Part shown: positions 28,121 through 36,368 of the stretch, one piece after another
Layout of the letters: every line of letters begins with the position of its first letter
How positions within the stretch are numbered: the stretch's first letter is position 1
NCBI GenBank assembly: GCA_964540825.1
Contig: CAZINT010000003.1
Location: forward strand, 83,250 to 147,249
Source: an uncultured Gammaproteobacteria bacterium
GTDB lineage: Bacteria > Patescibacteriota > Patescibacteriia > Magasanikbacterales > GWA2-37-8
Length of the DNA stretch: 64,000 nucleotides
Direction of reading: 5' to 3'
Notes under the pieces: generated by a model
The model's input: only the letters and a program-made list of their open reading frames with translations
Told to the model about the DNA's origin: nothing
Databases searched by the model: none
Made by a program: the position numbers and the translations under genes

Positions 28121-28546
28121 ATGCACCAGACAACACCGACCACCACACTTTTCTTACAGCTTGCCAAAGCAAGCGCCATGCTCACCCGCCGCTTCGACGC
28201 TGGCCTCGGGGGCCTGAGCCTGAATGAGTTTATTATCCTCTACTACCTCAGCCTTGCGCCCGACACCCAACTGCGCCGCACTGACCTCGCTGATAAAGTA
28301 GGGCTTACGGCTTCTGGCATCACCCGCCTTTTGCTGCCGATGGAAAAAATCGGCCTCGTAAAGCGCGAAACCGACAAAACCGACGCCCGGGTCAGCTTCG
28401 TGCGCCTGGCTTCCGGCGGTAAACACAAACTGGCCGATGCTATCGAACGCATCAACGAGCACGGCGAGGAAATTCTTGGGAACGTTCCCCAAAAAAAGCT
28501 GACTGAATTCAGCGCGCTCCTCTGTGCCATCACTAAAAACATCTAA
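28121..28546 (+). CDS. MarR family transcriptional regulator
   Basis: 141 aa with a MarR-type wHTH (LSLNEFIILYYLSL...RTDLADKVGLTASGITRLL). Confidence 0.8.
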   Translation: MHQTTPTTTLFLQLAKASAMLTRRFDAGLGGLSLNEFIILYYLSLAPDTQLRRTDLADKVGLTASGITRLLLPMEKIGLVKRETDKTDARVSFVRLASGGKHKLADAIERINEHGEEILGNVPQKKLTEFSALLCAITKNI

Positions 28547-28550
28547 CCGT

Positions 28551-29396
28551 ATGAACACAAAAAAGATTGCCCAAGTTTTCACCAGCCGCCCCACCATTGA
28601 GGGGGCTGGCGTAAAACTCCACCGCGGCTTTGCCAACGCCGAACTCCCCCGCTTCGATCCTTTTCTCCTGTTCGATGATTTCAGTTCGCCAAACCCGGCC
28701 GACTATTTGTCCGGTTTCCCCATGCACCCGCACCGCGGCATTGAAACGGTTACGTATATCTTAGACGGCGATGTTCGTCATCGCGACTCGATTGGTAACA
28801 GCGGTGTCATTGGCAAAGGCGACCTGCAGTGGATGAGCTCAGGCCGCGGGATCATTCACGAAGAAATGCCCGAGGGTACCGGCGGCATCAAGGGCTTCCA
28901 GCTCTGGATAAACATTCCTCAAAAAGACAAAATGTCCGCGCCGCGCTACCAGGAAATCAGCAATAAAATTATTCCGGTTATTTCACTCTCCGACCACGCG
29001 GTTGCTCGCGTGATTGCCGGGAATATTGGAAATGTTATTGGACCAGTGCAGGACGTTATAGCAAACCCAGTCTATCTCGATATCACGCTTGAACGGGGTG
29101 CCACACTCGACTTCCCTACCCCGGACGGATTCACGACATTCATCTACATTTTTGATGGAGCACTCGATACCCGAGAAAAAGAAAGTGTTGAACACAAAAA
29201 AGGCAGTATCATTTTATTTGAGCGTGCAGGTGAACTGGTTTCGGTTCGCGCTGGCGCAACAGACGCCCGATTCCTCCTGGTGTCAGGCAAACCACTGAAC
29301 GAACCGATCGCTTGGTATGGACCAATTGTGATGAATACCGAAGACGAAATTAAACAGGCATTTGAAGATCTGCGAACCGGAGCATTTATCAAATAA
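28551..29396 (+). CDS. pirin family protein
   Basis: HPHRGIETVTYILDGDVRHRDSIGN cupin motif. ATG 28551 is preferred over the ORF-track 28524, which overlaps marR. Confidence 0.8.
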   Translation: MNTKKIAQVFTSRPTIEGAGVKLHRGFANAELPRFDPFLLFDDFSSPNPADYLSGFPMHPHRGIETVTYILDGDVRHRDSIGNSGVIGKGDLQWMSSGRGIIHEEMPEGTGGIKGFQLWINIPQKDKMSAPRYQEISNKIIPVISLSDHAVARVIAGNIGNVIGPVQDVIANPVYLDITLERGATLDFPTPDGFTTFIYIFDGALDTREKESVEHKKGSIILFERAGELVSVRAGATDARFLLVSGKPLNEPIAWYGPIVMNTEDEIKQAFEDLRTGAFIK

Positions 29397-29404
29397 CTGC
29401 TCAT

Positions 29405-29434
29405 TAAAAAACCTTTGTACTCAAAGGTTTTTTA
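29405..29434 (+). terminator. rho-independent terminator
   Basis: aaaaaACCTTTGtactCAAAGGTttttt. Confidence 0.6.
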
Positions 29435-29501
29435 CTTTTCTTATGTACCAAGCGATTGTCAAAAATGATTTGCTCGTGTATCGTGGAAAGATACATTATT
29501 C

Positions 29502-30551
29502 GTGTCTAATAAATTTATGAAAAAATCTTTTCTTCTTTTGGCACTGTTCGCCTTACTAAGTCTTCCATTCCAAACTCAAGCGGCCACCTGGAAAGCGCCA
29601 ACGCCCGACGGCTACACCCAAATCACCTGGGCCAAAGCAAACGGCATCAGCACATTTATGAAAGCGCCGGAAGGAAGCGGACACATTGATTTTCTGACCT
29701 TCATCTACTTGCCCTACAACCAAATTAAATTAATTGCTTCCTCTACTCCCAGACTCGATTGGGGCCAAGGCAAGACTCCTTTTGATACCAATGCCGACGT
29801 GCACAACTGGTCATTCGCCAAAACTGTTGCCGAAAAAACAAAACAAGCCACACCTACTGCACAGTTCGTGTGGAATGTTCCTTTCTTTAACTACACCATT
29901 CCCTCGTCCGACCTCAGTCTCGGTCTTAAATCAACTGACGCCACCAGCACCTACATTACAAGCGGCAGTCGCCCCGAAAATGATGTAGCCCAAGATCGCA
30001 AAATGCTCCTCATTGATAATAAAACCAATACGGCCGAAATTAGTGATTTTGATGCAGCACGTTTTGTCAGTTACGGCGACCAGGCAGTCGAAGGATTTGC
30101 CGCAACTGAAACCTGGAAAGGAACCGACACCGATGTTGCCCGCCTCTTTGTCGGCGTGCGCCCCGGCGGTAAAGAATTAGTTGTTTACTGCAGCCAAGGC
30201 GCCTCGCCCAACGAAGCGATCACTGCGCTTAATGCCGCTGGAGTTCCAACTGAAAATCAGTTGCAGGCAGATGGCGGTAGCAGTGCCACCTGCGGATATA
30301 ATTTAGCGGGACAATATTTTGTAGAACCGGGCCGCACGCTCACACATCTGATGGGCGCATTCCCCTTCATCGCTCGCGGCACAGTTACTACTGATAATCT
30401 TAACGTCCGCAAAGGCCCCGGCACTGCCTTCGCTGCCGTTCGCAAACTTAAAAAGGGCGCGGTGGTTACCGCTGTTGAAGAAAAGAATGGTTGGTACCGC
30501 ATCAGTGACAGTCAGGAATGGATAACTAAACAATACTTCAAGGCCCAATAA
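29502..30551 (+). CDS. secreted hypothetical protein with a C-terminal bacterial SH3-like domain
   Basis: Signal peptide ...PFQTQA; the last ~60 aa (NLNVRKGPGTAFAAVRKLKKGAVVTAVEEKNGWYRI) are SH3b-like. Confidence 0.6.
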   Translation: MSNKFMKKSFLLLALFALLSLPFQTQAATWKAPTPDGYTQITWAKANGISTFMKAPEGSGHIDFLTFIYLPYNQIKLIASSTPRLDWGQGKTPFDTNADVHNWSFAKTVAEKTKQATPTAQFVWNVPFFNYTIPSSDLSLGLKSTDATSTYITSGSRPENDVAQDRKMLLIDNKTNTAEISDFDAARFVSYGDQAVEGFAATETWKGTDTDVARLFVGVRPGGKELVVYCSQGASPNEAITALNAAGVPTENQLQADGGSSATCGYNLAGQYFVEPGRTLTHLMGAFPFIARGTVTTDNLNVRKGPGTAFAAVRKLKKGAVVTAVEEKNGWYRISDSQEWITKQYFKAQ

Positions 30552-30565
30552 AAACAATCGTCTTA

Positions 30566-30596
30566 AAAACACCTTCTTACTGAAGGTGTTTTTTTA
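30566..30596 (+). terminator. rho-independent terminator
   Basis: aaaaACACCTTCttacTGAAGGTGTttttttt. Confidence 0.6.
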
Positions 30597-30628
30597 TAAC
30601 AAGTATAATCGATATGCCCTTATATCTA

Positions 30629-30657
30629 TTGACAAAAACTTGTTTTTATACTATAGT
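30629..30657 (+). promoter_or_regulatory. sigma70 promoter TTGACA-17-TATAGT (cassette G)
   Basis: Read directly. Confidence 0.55.
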
Positions 30658-30730
30658 GAATTATTGATTTTTGAGTATTTTATTTTACTTCCACAGAATA
30701 AAATACTGAGGAATTTTACAGAGGTAGATA

Positions 30731-31090
30731 ATGGAAAAACTAGGTGCCCGCCCGCATCTTCGGCTGTGCCCTTCACCTGCGGAAGGTGGATCAGAGCCAC
30801 CTCGCGAACCCTCACTTGAGGTAATCGAACCGAGCTTACCACCAGGAGTGCCGCAAACCCCCTTAACCCCTCAAGAGCATTCGACGCTCATGATCATCGG
30901 CCTCAGTCTGCGGGTACGAGCATGTCTTGCCATCATACACGCAGAGATAAATCGGCCGGAGGTTACCGTTTATCCCGGAACTTCGGCTGACGAGATACAG
31001 TCTGTTATCGATCTCATGGCCGAGTACGGTTGGAAAGGAACCTACTATAGCGATAAAAAAGATATTCTCTATATCTGTAGGGTCCGCTGA
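30731..31090 (+). CDS. hypothetical protein (high-GC cassette G)
   Basis: 119 aa with a GAGGT SD. Followed by a nested GC-rich hairpin GGCAGACGcCTCCACcctGTGGAGacCCGTCTGCC at 31099-31135. Confidence 0.4.
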   Translation: MEKLGARPHLRLCPSPAEGGSEPPREPSLEVIEPSLPPGVPQTPLTPQEHSTLMIIGLSLRVRACLAIIHAEINRPEVTVYPGTSADEIQSVIDLMAEYGWKGTYYSDKKDILYICRVR

Positions 31091-31225
31091 AATTCCCCCT
31101 GGCAGACGCCTCCACCCTGTGGAGACCCGTCTGCCGCCCCCAACTATTTTCTTTCTTGATTAGAGAAAATTGAGGCGGCCAATATCCACTTGCTCTTTTT
31201 TTCAAAAGAGTTACAGTACCTCTCT

Positions 31226-31483
31226 ATGAAAGAAATTACGCTCTATACCACAACCTATTGTCCCTACTGCCACCGGGCTAAGCAATTGCTCAATCAGCTT
31301 GCTTTAGAATACAAAGAAATAAATCTTTCAAATAACGATAAACTTCGTGAAGAGCTTACCGAAAAATACAGCTGGTACACCGTACCCATGATCACGATTG
31401 GAGACGAATTTATTGGCGGGTTTGATGATTTACATAAGTTACACCAGCAAGGAAGACTGATCGACAAGCTACATGGTGAATAA
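31226..31483 (+). CDS. glutaredoxin (GrxC/NrdH-like)
   Basis: MKEITLYTTTYCPYCHRAK...VPMITIGDEFIGGFDDL. Confidence 0.75.
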   Translation: MKEITLYTTTYCPYCHRAKQLLNQLALEYKEINLSNNDKLREELTEKYSWYTVPMITIGDEFIGGFDDLHKLHQQGRLIDKLHGE

Positions 31484-31497
31484 AAAATAAATTGCTT

Positions 31498-31531
31498 AAA
31501 ATCCGTAAACGCTACGGATTTTTTTATTTTT
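31498..31531 (+). terminator. rho-independent terminator
   Basis: aaaATCCGTAaacgcTACGGATttttttattttt. Confidence 0.6.
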
Positions 31532-31538
31532 AAAAAAC

Positions 31539-31567
31539 TTGTCAAAAAAACTTCAAGCAGGTAGTAT
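31539..31567 (+). promoter_or_regulatory. sigma70 promoter TTGTCA-17-TAGTAT (cassette H)
   Basis: Read directly. Confidence 0.5.
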
Positions 31568-31615
31568 GGCCCCACCTCTAAACGCGCCCCCGTAAGGCGT
31601 ATAAGGAGCAGTCAC

Positions 31616-32503
31616 ATGACCCAGCGTCGCCACCTCGCCACACCCCAACCGAACCTGTTTACCGTCCGCGTGAAACGGATCGCGGCTAACATCAAGCGCT
31701 GGCTTGCCAGGCACGGTGTCACCGCGCCCGTCACAACAGCGATCACGCTCGGGAGCGGTCTCGGCGGCTACGGCTCCGACCACCCCTCGGCTATCACGAT
31801 CCCGTATGCGAAGGTCGGCCTGCCAAAGTGCGGCATGGTCGGGCACGCCGGAGTCCTCCGCTTCATGCAGGTCGGCAAGCACGGCATCCTCATCTTCGAC
31901 GGACGTGCGCACGGGTACGAAGGCTATCCGATCGAGTCCGTGGTCATGGCCGTGCGCGCTGCGGCGTTCGCGGGCGCCACGACGCAGGTCATCACCTGCG
32001 CGTCGGGCGGCATCAACCCCAACTACGTTGCCGGCCAGCTGGTGGTCATCAAAGACCACCTGAACCTGATGGGCCGGAACCCCCTCACGGGCAGGAACGA
32101 TCAGAAGCATGGACCGCGCTTCCCCGACATGACGCAAGCGTACGATCCGGAACTCCGCACCCTCGCCGGCAACGCCGGAAAGGCCATCGGTCTCACCCTC
32201 GCCGAGGGTGTTTACGCGGCGCTCAGCGGCCCCAACTACGAGACTCCGGCCGAGGTCCGCATGCTCAGCATCCTCGGCGCTGACATGGTGGGCATGTCCA
32301 CCGTGCCCGAGGTGCTCGCGCTGCGTCACCTCAGCGTCCGCGTCCTTGGCATATCGTGCATCGCCAACAAGGCCGCGAGCACCAACCAAGAGCCGCTCAG
32401 CCACGACGAAGTGGTCGCGGCCGGACGCAACGCCGCACCCCGCTTCAAGATGCTCCTCGACGGTATCGTCGAATCGCTCCCCCTCCCCGAAACCACGGCC
32501 TAA
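31616..32503 (+). CDS. purine nucleoside phosphorylase (PNP/MTAP family)
   Basis: GPNYETPAE and GADMVGMSTVPEV are hallmark PNP-I/MTAP motifs. AAGGAG SD. Strongly GC-rich relative to its neighbours. Confidence 0.8.
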   Translation: MTQRRHLATPQPNLFTVRVKRIAANIKRWLARHGVTAPVTTAITLGSGLGGYGSDHPSAITIPYAKVGLPKCGMVGHAGVLRFMQVGKHGILIFDGRAHGYEGYPIESVVMAVRAAAFAGATTQVITCASGGINPNYVAGQLVVIKDHLNLMGRNPLTGRNDQKHGPRFPDMTQAYDPELRTLAGNAGKAIGLTLAEGVYAALSGPNYETPAEVRMLSILGADMVGMSTVPEVLALRHLSVRVLGISCIANKAASTNQEPLSHDEVVAAGRNAAPRFKMLLDGIVESLPLPETTA

Positions 32504-32540
32504 ACGGCCGAACCGTTCTTAGAGTAACGCAAGGGTAGAC

Positions 32541-32613
32541 GGGCGAGTCAGCAAGATCGCCCTACTACCATATTTCGCAGCATTTCTGCTACGAAGTATG
32601 GTGGCGATCTTGC
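32541..32613 (+). promoter_or_regulatory. nested, mutually exclusive long hairpins 3' of the PNP gene
   Basis: GGGCGAgtcagcaagATCGCCC overlaps GCAAGATCGCC...ACCATATTTCG-GCAGcatttCTGC-CGAAGTATGGT...GGCGATCTTGC. Confidence 0.4.
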
Positions 32614-32628
32614 CTATATATACTTTTT

Positions 32629-32656
32629 AAAAAATCCCTATGCCGGGGATTTTTTT
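32629..32656 (+). terminator. rho-independent terminator
   Basis: aaaaaATCCCtatgccgGGGATtttttt. Confidence 0.55.
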
Positions 32657-32734
32657 AATTTACACAGTAACCTGTAACATTTACCCCTTCTCGGGTATTA
32701 TCTTTATAGACGGATTAATCCTCTAGTACATTTT

Positions 32735-33268
32735 ATGACTCTTAGCGAAGAAACAGCTTTGGTTAAACGTGCCAAAAGCGGCAACAAAGAAGCCCTGGGA
32801 CTTCTTTTTGAATCACTGACCCCAAAACTCTACGGGTATCTTTTAAACACGCTAAAAGATAGACCGCTTGCCGAAGATATCGTGCAACAAACCTGGATCA
32901 AAGCGACGACCGCCTTGCCACGTTTTGAACTGCGCAGCATCCCCTTTGGCGCCTGGCTCTTTGCGATTGCCAAAAATGAATGCCGGCAACACTGGCGCAA
33001 ACACACTCCCGATTCGCTGGAACACATACCAGAAAGTGAACACGCCGTCACCACTACCGAACAACAAACTATCGAACACCATATTCTTATCGATCAACTC
33101 CTCGCCAAACTCTCACCCGAAGATCAAGAAATTTTACGCCTCAGGTATATTGCGGATTTGTCGTTTGAAGCTATTGCCGCTGTAGCAACTATTTCCTCAC
33201 TCACTGCCCGCGTCCGTTTGCACCGCGCGCTCAAACGCGCTCGAATTATTTTACAAAATACTAAGTAG
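32735..33268 (+). CDS. RNA polymerase sigma-70 factor, ECF subfamily
   Basis: 177 aa with sigma region 2 and region 4 features (IVQQTWIKA..., EILRLRYIADLSFEAIA). Confidence 0.8.
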   Translation: MTLSEETALVKRAKSGNKEALGLLFESLTPKLYGYLLNTLKDRPLAEDIVQQTWIKATTALPRFELRSIPFGAWLFAIAKNECRQHWRKHTPDSLEHIPESEHAVTTTEQQTIEHHILIDQLLAKLSPEDQEILRLRYIADLSFEAIAAVATISSLTARVRLHRALKRARIILQNTK

Positions 33269-33275
33269 CCCGTGT

Positions 33276-34475
33276 ATGCAATTTACTCCTTCCGAATTCA
33301 AAAATGCCCTCACCGCGTGGGGCAAAGACCAACGCATTCCTTTTCCCCAAAGCGAAGCACTTAAAAAAACTATTCTTACACTACAACCGGAACAACCGAC
33401 CACTCGTTATTTCAAACGCGGGTGGCTGGCCGGTTTTGCTCTTGCGAGCATTGCCGTTCTGATCCTTTTCGTCAACCACACTTCCCGCCCGGAATACAGC
33501 TCGAGTACAGTAAGCCTGCACCAGAAAGCCGGAATAGCTAGCGATTCGGCCGCCAATAAACTAAGTGACAGGGCCGCTGAAGATTTGGGTATGGAATATG
33601 CCGAACCTACCGGTCTTGATTCGGCCGCACTACCCGATGAAATAAAAACAGCTCCACCCCTCTTTCAAGATACCGCCGAAATTTCTGCGCGCGATACACG
33701 TGAATACCTTAAAACAGATTATTCAGCAGGGGTTGAAACACGCGCGGTCACCAAACTCACGCTTCAGTTAGAAACACTTGTTCGCGGACATGGCGGACGC
33801 ATCGATAGCTTTTCATCCAACAGTCGGTACGGTTCCCTCACTTTTGTCTTGCCAAAAAAATCATTAGAAGCGTTTCGGAGCGAACTTGTCGGCCTCGTAC
33901 CCGAGCGTTTTTTGAATGAAACAATTCAAGCTCAAAATCTTCTGCCGCAAAAAAATGATCTTGACGACGAGCAGGCGAGCAGTGAAGCAGAACTCAAGCG
34001 TGCCCAAGATGCCGAGACTGCCCTTATTAAAACGCATACTCAAACAGTTACCAACTTGCAGGCACAAATAAACACGCACATCAAAAGTATTCAAGCACTT
34101 TCACGGGCCACAGCCCCTACCCCCGAAGAAGCGACGCGCATTGCAGCCAGTATCACCGCCCACAATCAAAGTATCGCTTATCTGCGCCGCCAATTGACCG
34201 AAGAAAACGCCAGCTTTGCACGTAAGCAGACTGACAGCGAAGAAACAATTACCTACCTGCAAAGCGAACTTGCTTCACTTAAAAAACAAAACACTCAGCT
34301 GATTGATTCAGCGGAAACAATTCAGGGCTCTATCTCTATTTCGCGGATAACCTTTGGCGAATTTCTTGAAGCCTACCTTCCTTATTTCCGAGAAATTCTT
34401 TTCGTTATCGGAGTCCTGGGCGCTGGCCTCTACTGGCGCTTTGGGCGCACTCGCCGGCTACAGCTCCCGAGCTAA
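33276..34475 (+). CDS. membrane protein with extracytoplasmic coiled-coil; candidate anti-sigma factor (DUF4349-like)
   Basis: Immediately downstream of the ECF sigma (7-nt gap). One TM near residue 60 and a C-terminal TM. Anti-sigma function inferred from position only. Confidence 0.45.
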   Translation: MQFTPSEFKNALTAWGKDQRIPFPQSEALKKTILTLQPEQPTTRYFKRGWLAGFALASIAVLILFVNHTSRPEYSSSTVSLHQKAGIASDSAANKLSDRAAEDLGMEYAEPTGLDSAALPDEIKTAPPLFQDTAEISARDTREYLKTDYSAGVETRAVTKLTLQLETLVRGHGGRIDSFSSNSRYGSLTFVLPKKSLEAFRSELVGLVPERFLNETIQAQNLLPQKNDLDDEQASSEAELKRAQDAETALIKTHTQTVTNLQAQINTHIKSIQALSRATAPTPEEATRIAASITAHNQSIAYLRRQLTEENASFARKQTDSEETITYLQSELASLKKQNTQLIDSAETIQGSISISRITFGEFLEAYLPYFREILFVIGVLGAGLYWRFGRTRRLQLPS

Positions 34476-34505
34476 CAGCTCTGTCTGCCCCCCGCCCCTC
34501 TTGCC

Positions 34506-35066
34506 ATGCAAGGAAAGCAGCGGTACACTCAGAGCATCTCATGTAGCTCTATGCCCAAAAATATCGTCATCGTTGTACTCATTATTTTTACCGGAATCAG
34601 TGGATTTTATTTTTGGAAATCGCGCAGACTAATTCCAGCACCTCGCCCTGAAGTACTTTTGCCCTCACTCTTGCCAGCAGGATGGGACACCAACCTTACG
34701 CCCGAGCAGTACAGAATTTTACGCGACAAAGATACTGAGCGGCCATTCACGAGCCCCCTCCTCCACGAAAAACGTCCGGGCACCTATGTGACCGCGGACT
34801 GCGGCGAACCCGTATTCCGTTCCGAACAAAAATACGACTCCGGCACCGGCTGGCCAAGCTTTTGGGCTCCAATCAGCGAAGATGCCGTGGTGCTCGAAGC
34901 GGACTATCAACTTCTTCTGCCACGCACTGAAGTACTATCTAAATGCGGCGGACACCTCGGGCATGTGTTTGATGACGGTCCAGCACCAACCGGTAAACGA
35001 TACTGCATGAACGGCCTCGCCCTCCGATTTATTCCCGACGAGGCGCCAACTTCGACTTCGCCCTAA
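34506..35066 (+). CDS. msrB: peptide-methionine (R)-S-oxide reductase MsrB with an N-terminal hydrophobic anchor
   Basis: GTGWPSF, RYCMNGLALRF and Cys pairs of SelR. N-terminal IVIVVLIIFTGISGFYFW helix. The alternative start at 34548 is possible. Confidence 0.8.
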   Translation: MQGKQRYTQSISCSSMPKNIVIVVLIIFTGISGFYFWKSRRLIPAPRPEVLLPSLLPAGWDTNLTPEQYRILRDKDTERPFTSPLLHEKRPGTYVTADCGEPVFRSEQKYDSGTGWPSFWAPISEDAVVLEADYQLLLPRTEVLSKCGGHLGHVFDDGPAPTGKRYCMNGLALRFIPDEAPTSTSP

Positions 35067-35076
35067 CACTCGTTAC

Positions 35077-35289
35077 ATGCCAGAAATAATCAAAAATTCA
35101 GTTAATCAACTCCGTCTGAAGGCAGCTGTTACCCAAGAAGATTTTGCGGCCGCGATTGGCGTAACCCGTCAGACGGTGAGTGCGATTGAGAAAGGAAACT
35201 ATACCCCTTCAGTTTTACTCGCTTTAAAAATTGCCCGCTTTTTTAAAAAAAGAGTTGAGGATATTTTTTCTATTACCTATGAAAAATAA
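35077..35289 (+). CDS. XRE family HTH transcriptional regulator
   Basis: 70 aa with LRLKAAVTQEDFAAAIGVTRQTVSAIEKG. Confidence 0.7.
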   Translation: MPEIIKNSVNQLRLKAAVTQEDFAAAIGVTRQTVSAIEKGNYTPSVLLALKIARFFKKRVEDIFSITYEK

Positions 35290-35650
35290 TTCCCTTGTTA
35301 CAGAGCTTGCTTTGTCTGCCCTGCTCATCACCATCGCTGCTTGTTTTTTTACGCCACTCCAAACTATCTGGATGCCAAGCATGGTACACAGTTTTTTTCT
35401 TATCGGACTAGCATTGGTTTTTTGTGTTTTTGCTGTTTTCGTCTGGAAAGAACGCGCCCTGGACGAACGAGAAGAGCAGCAGCGCCTCATGACGGGACGA
35501 ATTGGTTTTTTGGCGGGAGCGGGCCTGCTGGTTGCCGGTATTATCATCCAAACATTGCGTCACGAACTCGATACCTGGCTTATCATCACACTCTCCGGCA
35601 TGGTTCTCGCGAAACTCATTACCCGCCTTTCGATGGGACTTCGCGGCTAG
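35279..35650 (+). CDS. small membrane protein partnered with the XRE regulator
   Basis: ATG 35279 overlaps the XRE stop by 11 nt; four hydrophobic helices. Confidence 0.45.
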   Translation: MKNNSLVTELALSALLITIAACFFTPLQTIWMPSMVHSFFLIGLALVFCVFAVFVWKERALDEREEQQRLMTGRIGFLAGAGLLVAGIIIQTLRHELDTWLIITLSGMVLAKLITRLSMGLRG

Positions 35651-35740
35651 ATTAAACTTATCCACATGATAATGTAAAGTTAACTTTACATTGTTTTTTT
35701 TCGTTATATACTATAGCTATTATTAACTAATTTTTTCGCT

Positions 35741-36367
35741 ATGCGGAACAAATTCTTTCTACTCATACTTGCTGGTGCCGGGCTTATGCTGGCTGGCGCA
35801 GGCTGTGAAAAGGCTGCTATGACCACAAACACCCCCTCAAACTCAGCTGCAATGCATGGCGAATCCATGCCAAAAACGGATGGTGCGATGATGGATCACG
35901 ATGACGCGATGACAGACCGCCAAGACACCATGATGAAAGATGATGCCAGTGCCGATGCAATGAAAAAGGACGACGCGATGATGAAAGACAAAGCCGCCGG
36001 AGACACCATGATGAAAGATGACAAAAAAGAAGGCGCCATGATGGACGACAAAAAAAGTGCCGGCACCTACGAAGACTACGCCGCCAGTAAACTGGCCTGG
36101 GCCAAAGACGGCAAAGTAATTCTCTTTTTCAAAGCCTCGTGGTGCCCAACATGTCAGGCAGTTGATAAAGATATTCTTGCCCATCTTGGAAATATCCCCG
36201 GCAAAACATACATTTTGAAAGTCGACTACGACACGTCAGCCGAACTCAAGAAAAAATACGGCGTTACTTACCAACACACCTTTGTTCAAGTAGACACAAA
36301 CGGAACGATGATCAAAAAATGGAGCGGAAGCCCAACGCTGGCCGCTTTGACTGCTGAAATTAAATAA
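35741..36367 (+). CDS. thioredoxin-like lipoprotein with a Met/Asp/Lys-rich repetitive linker
   Basis: Lipobox LAGAGC, four DAMMKD-like repeats, and a C-terminal thioredoxin fold with WCPTC. Confidence 0.7.
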   Translation: MRNKFFLLILAGAGLMLAGAGCEKAAMTTNTPSNSAAMHGESMPKTDGAMMDHDDAMTDRQDTMMKDDASADAMKKDDAMMKDKAAGDTMMKDDKKEGAMMDDKKSAGTYEDYAASKLAWAKDGKVILFFKASWCPTCQAVDKDILAHLGNIPGKTYILKVDYDTSAELKKKYGVTYQHTFVQVDTNGTMIKKWSGSPTLAALTAEIK

Positions 36368-36368
36368 C

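Noticed and set aside
31553-32404. 283-aa minus-strand ORF antisense to the PNP gene, and the plus ORFs 31704..32063, 31828..32283 and 32208..32522
   Set aside because: The PNP frame carries unmistakable family motifs. The others are GC-driven open frames.
34548-35066. Claiming MsrB is definitely extracytoplasmic
   Set aside because: Positive charges flank the N-terminal helix on both sides, so the positive-inside rule is ambiguous. Orientation cannot be decided by eye, and the claim is kept as a hypothesis only.
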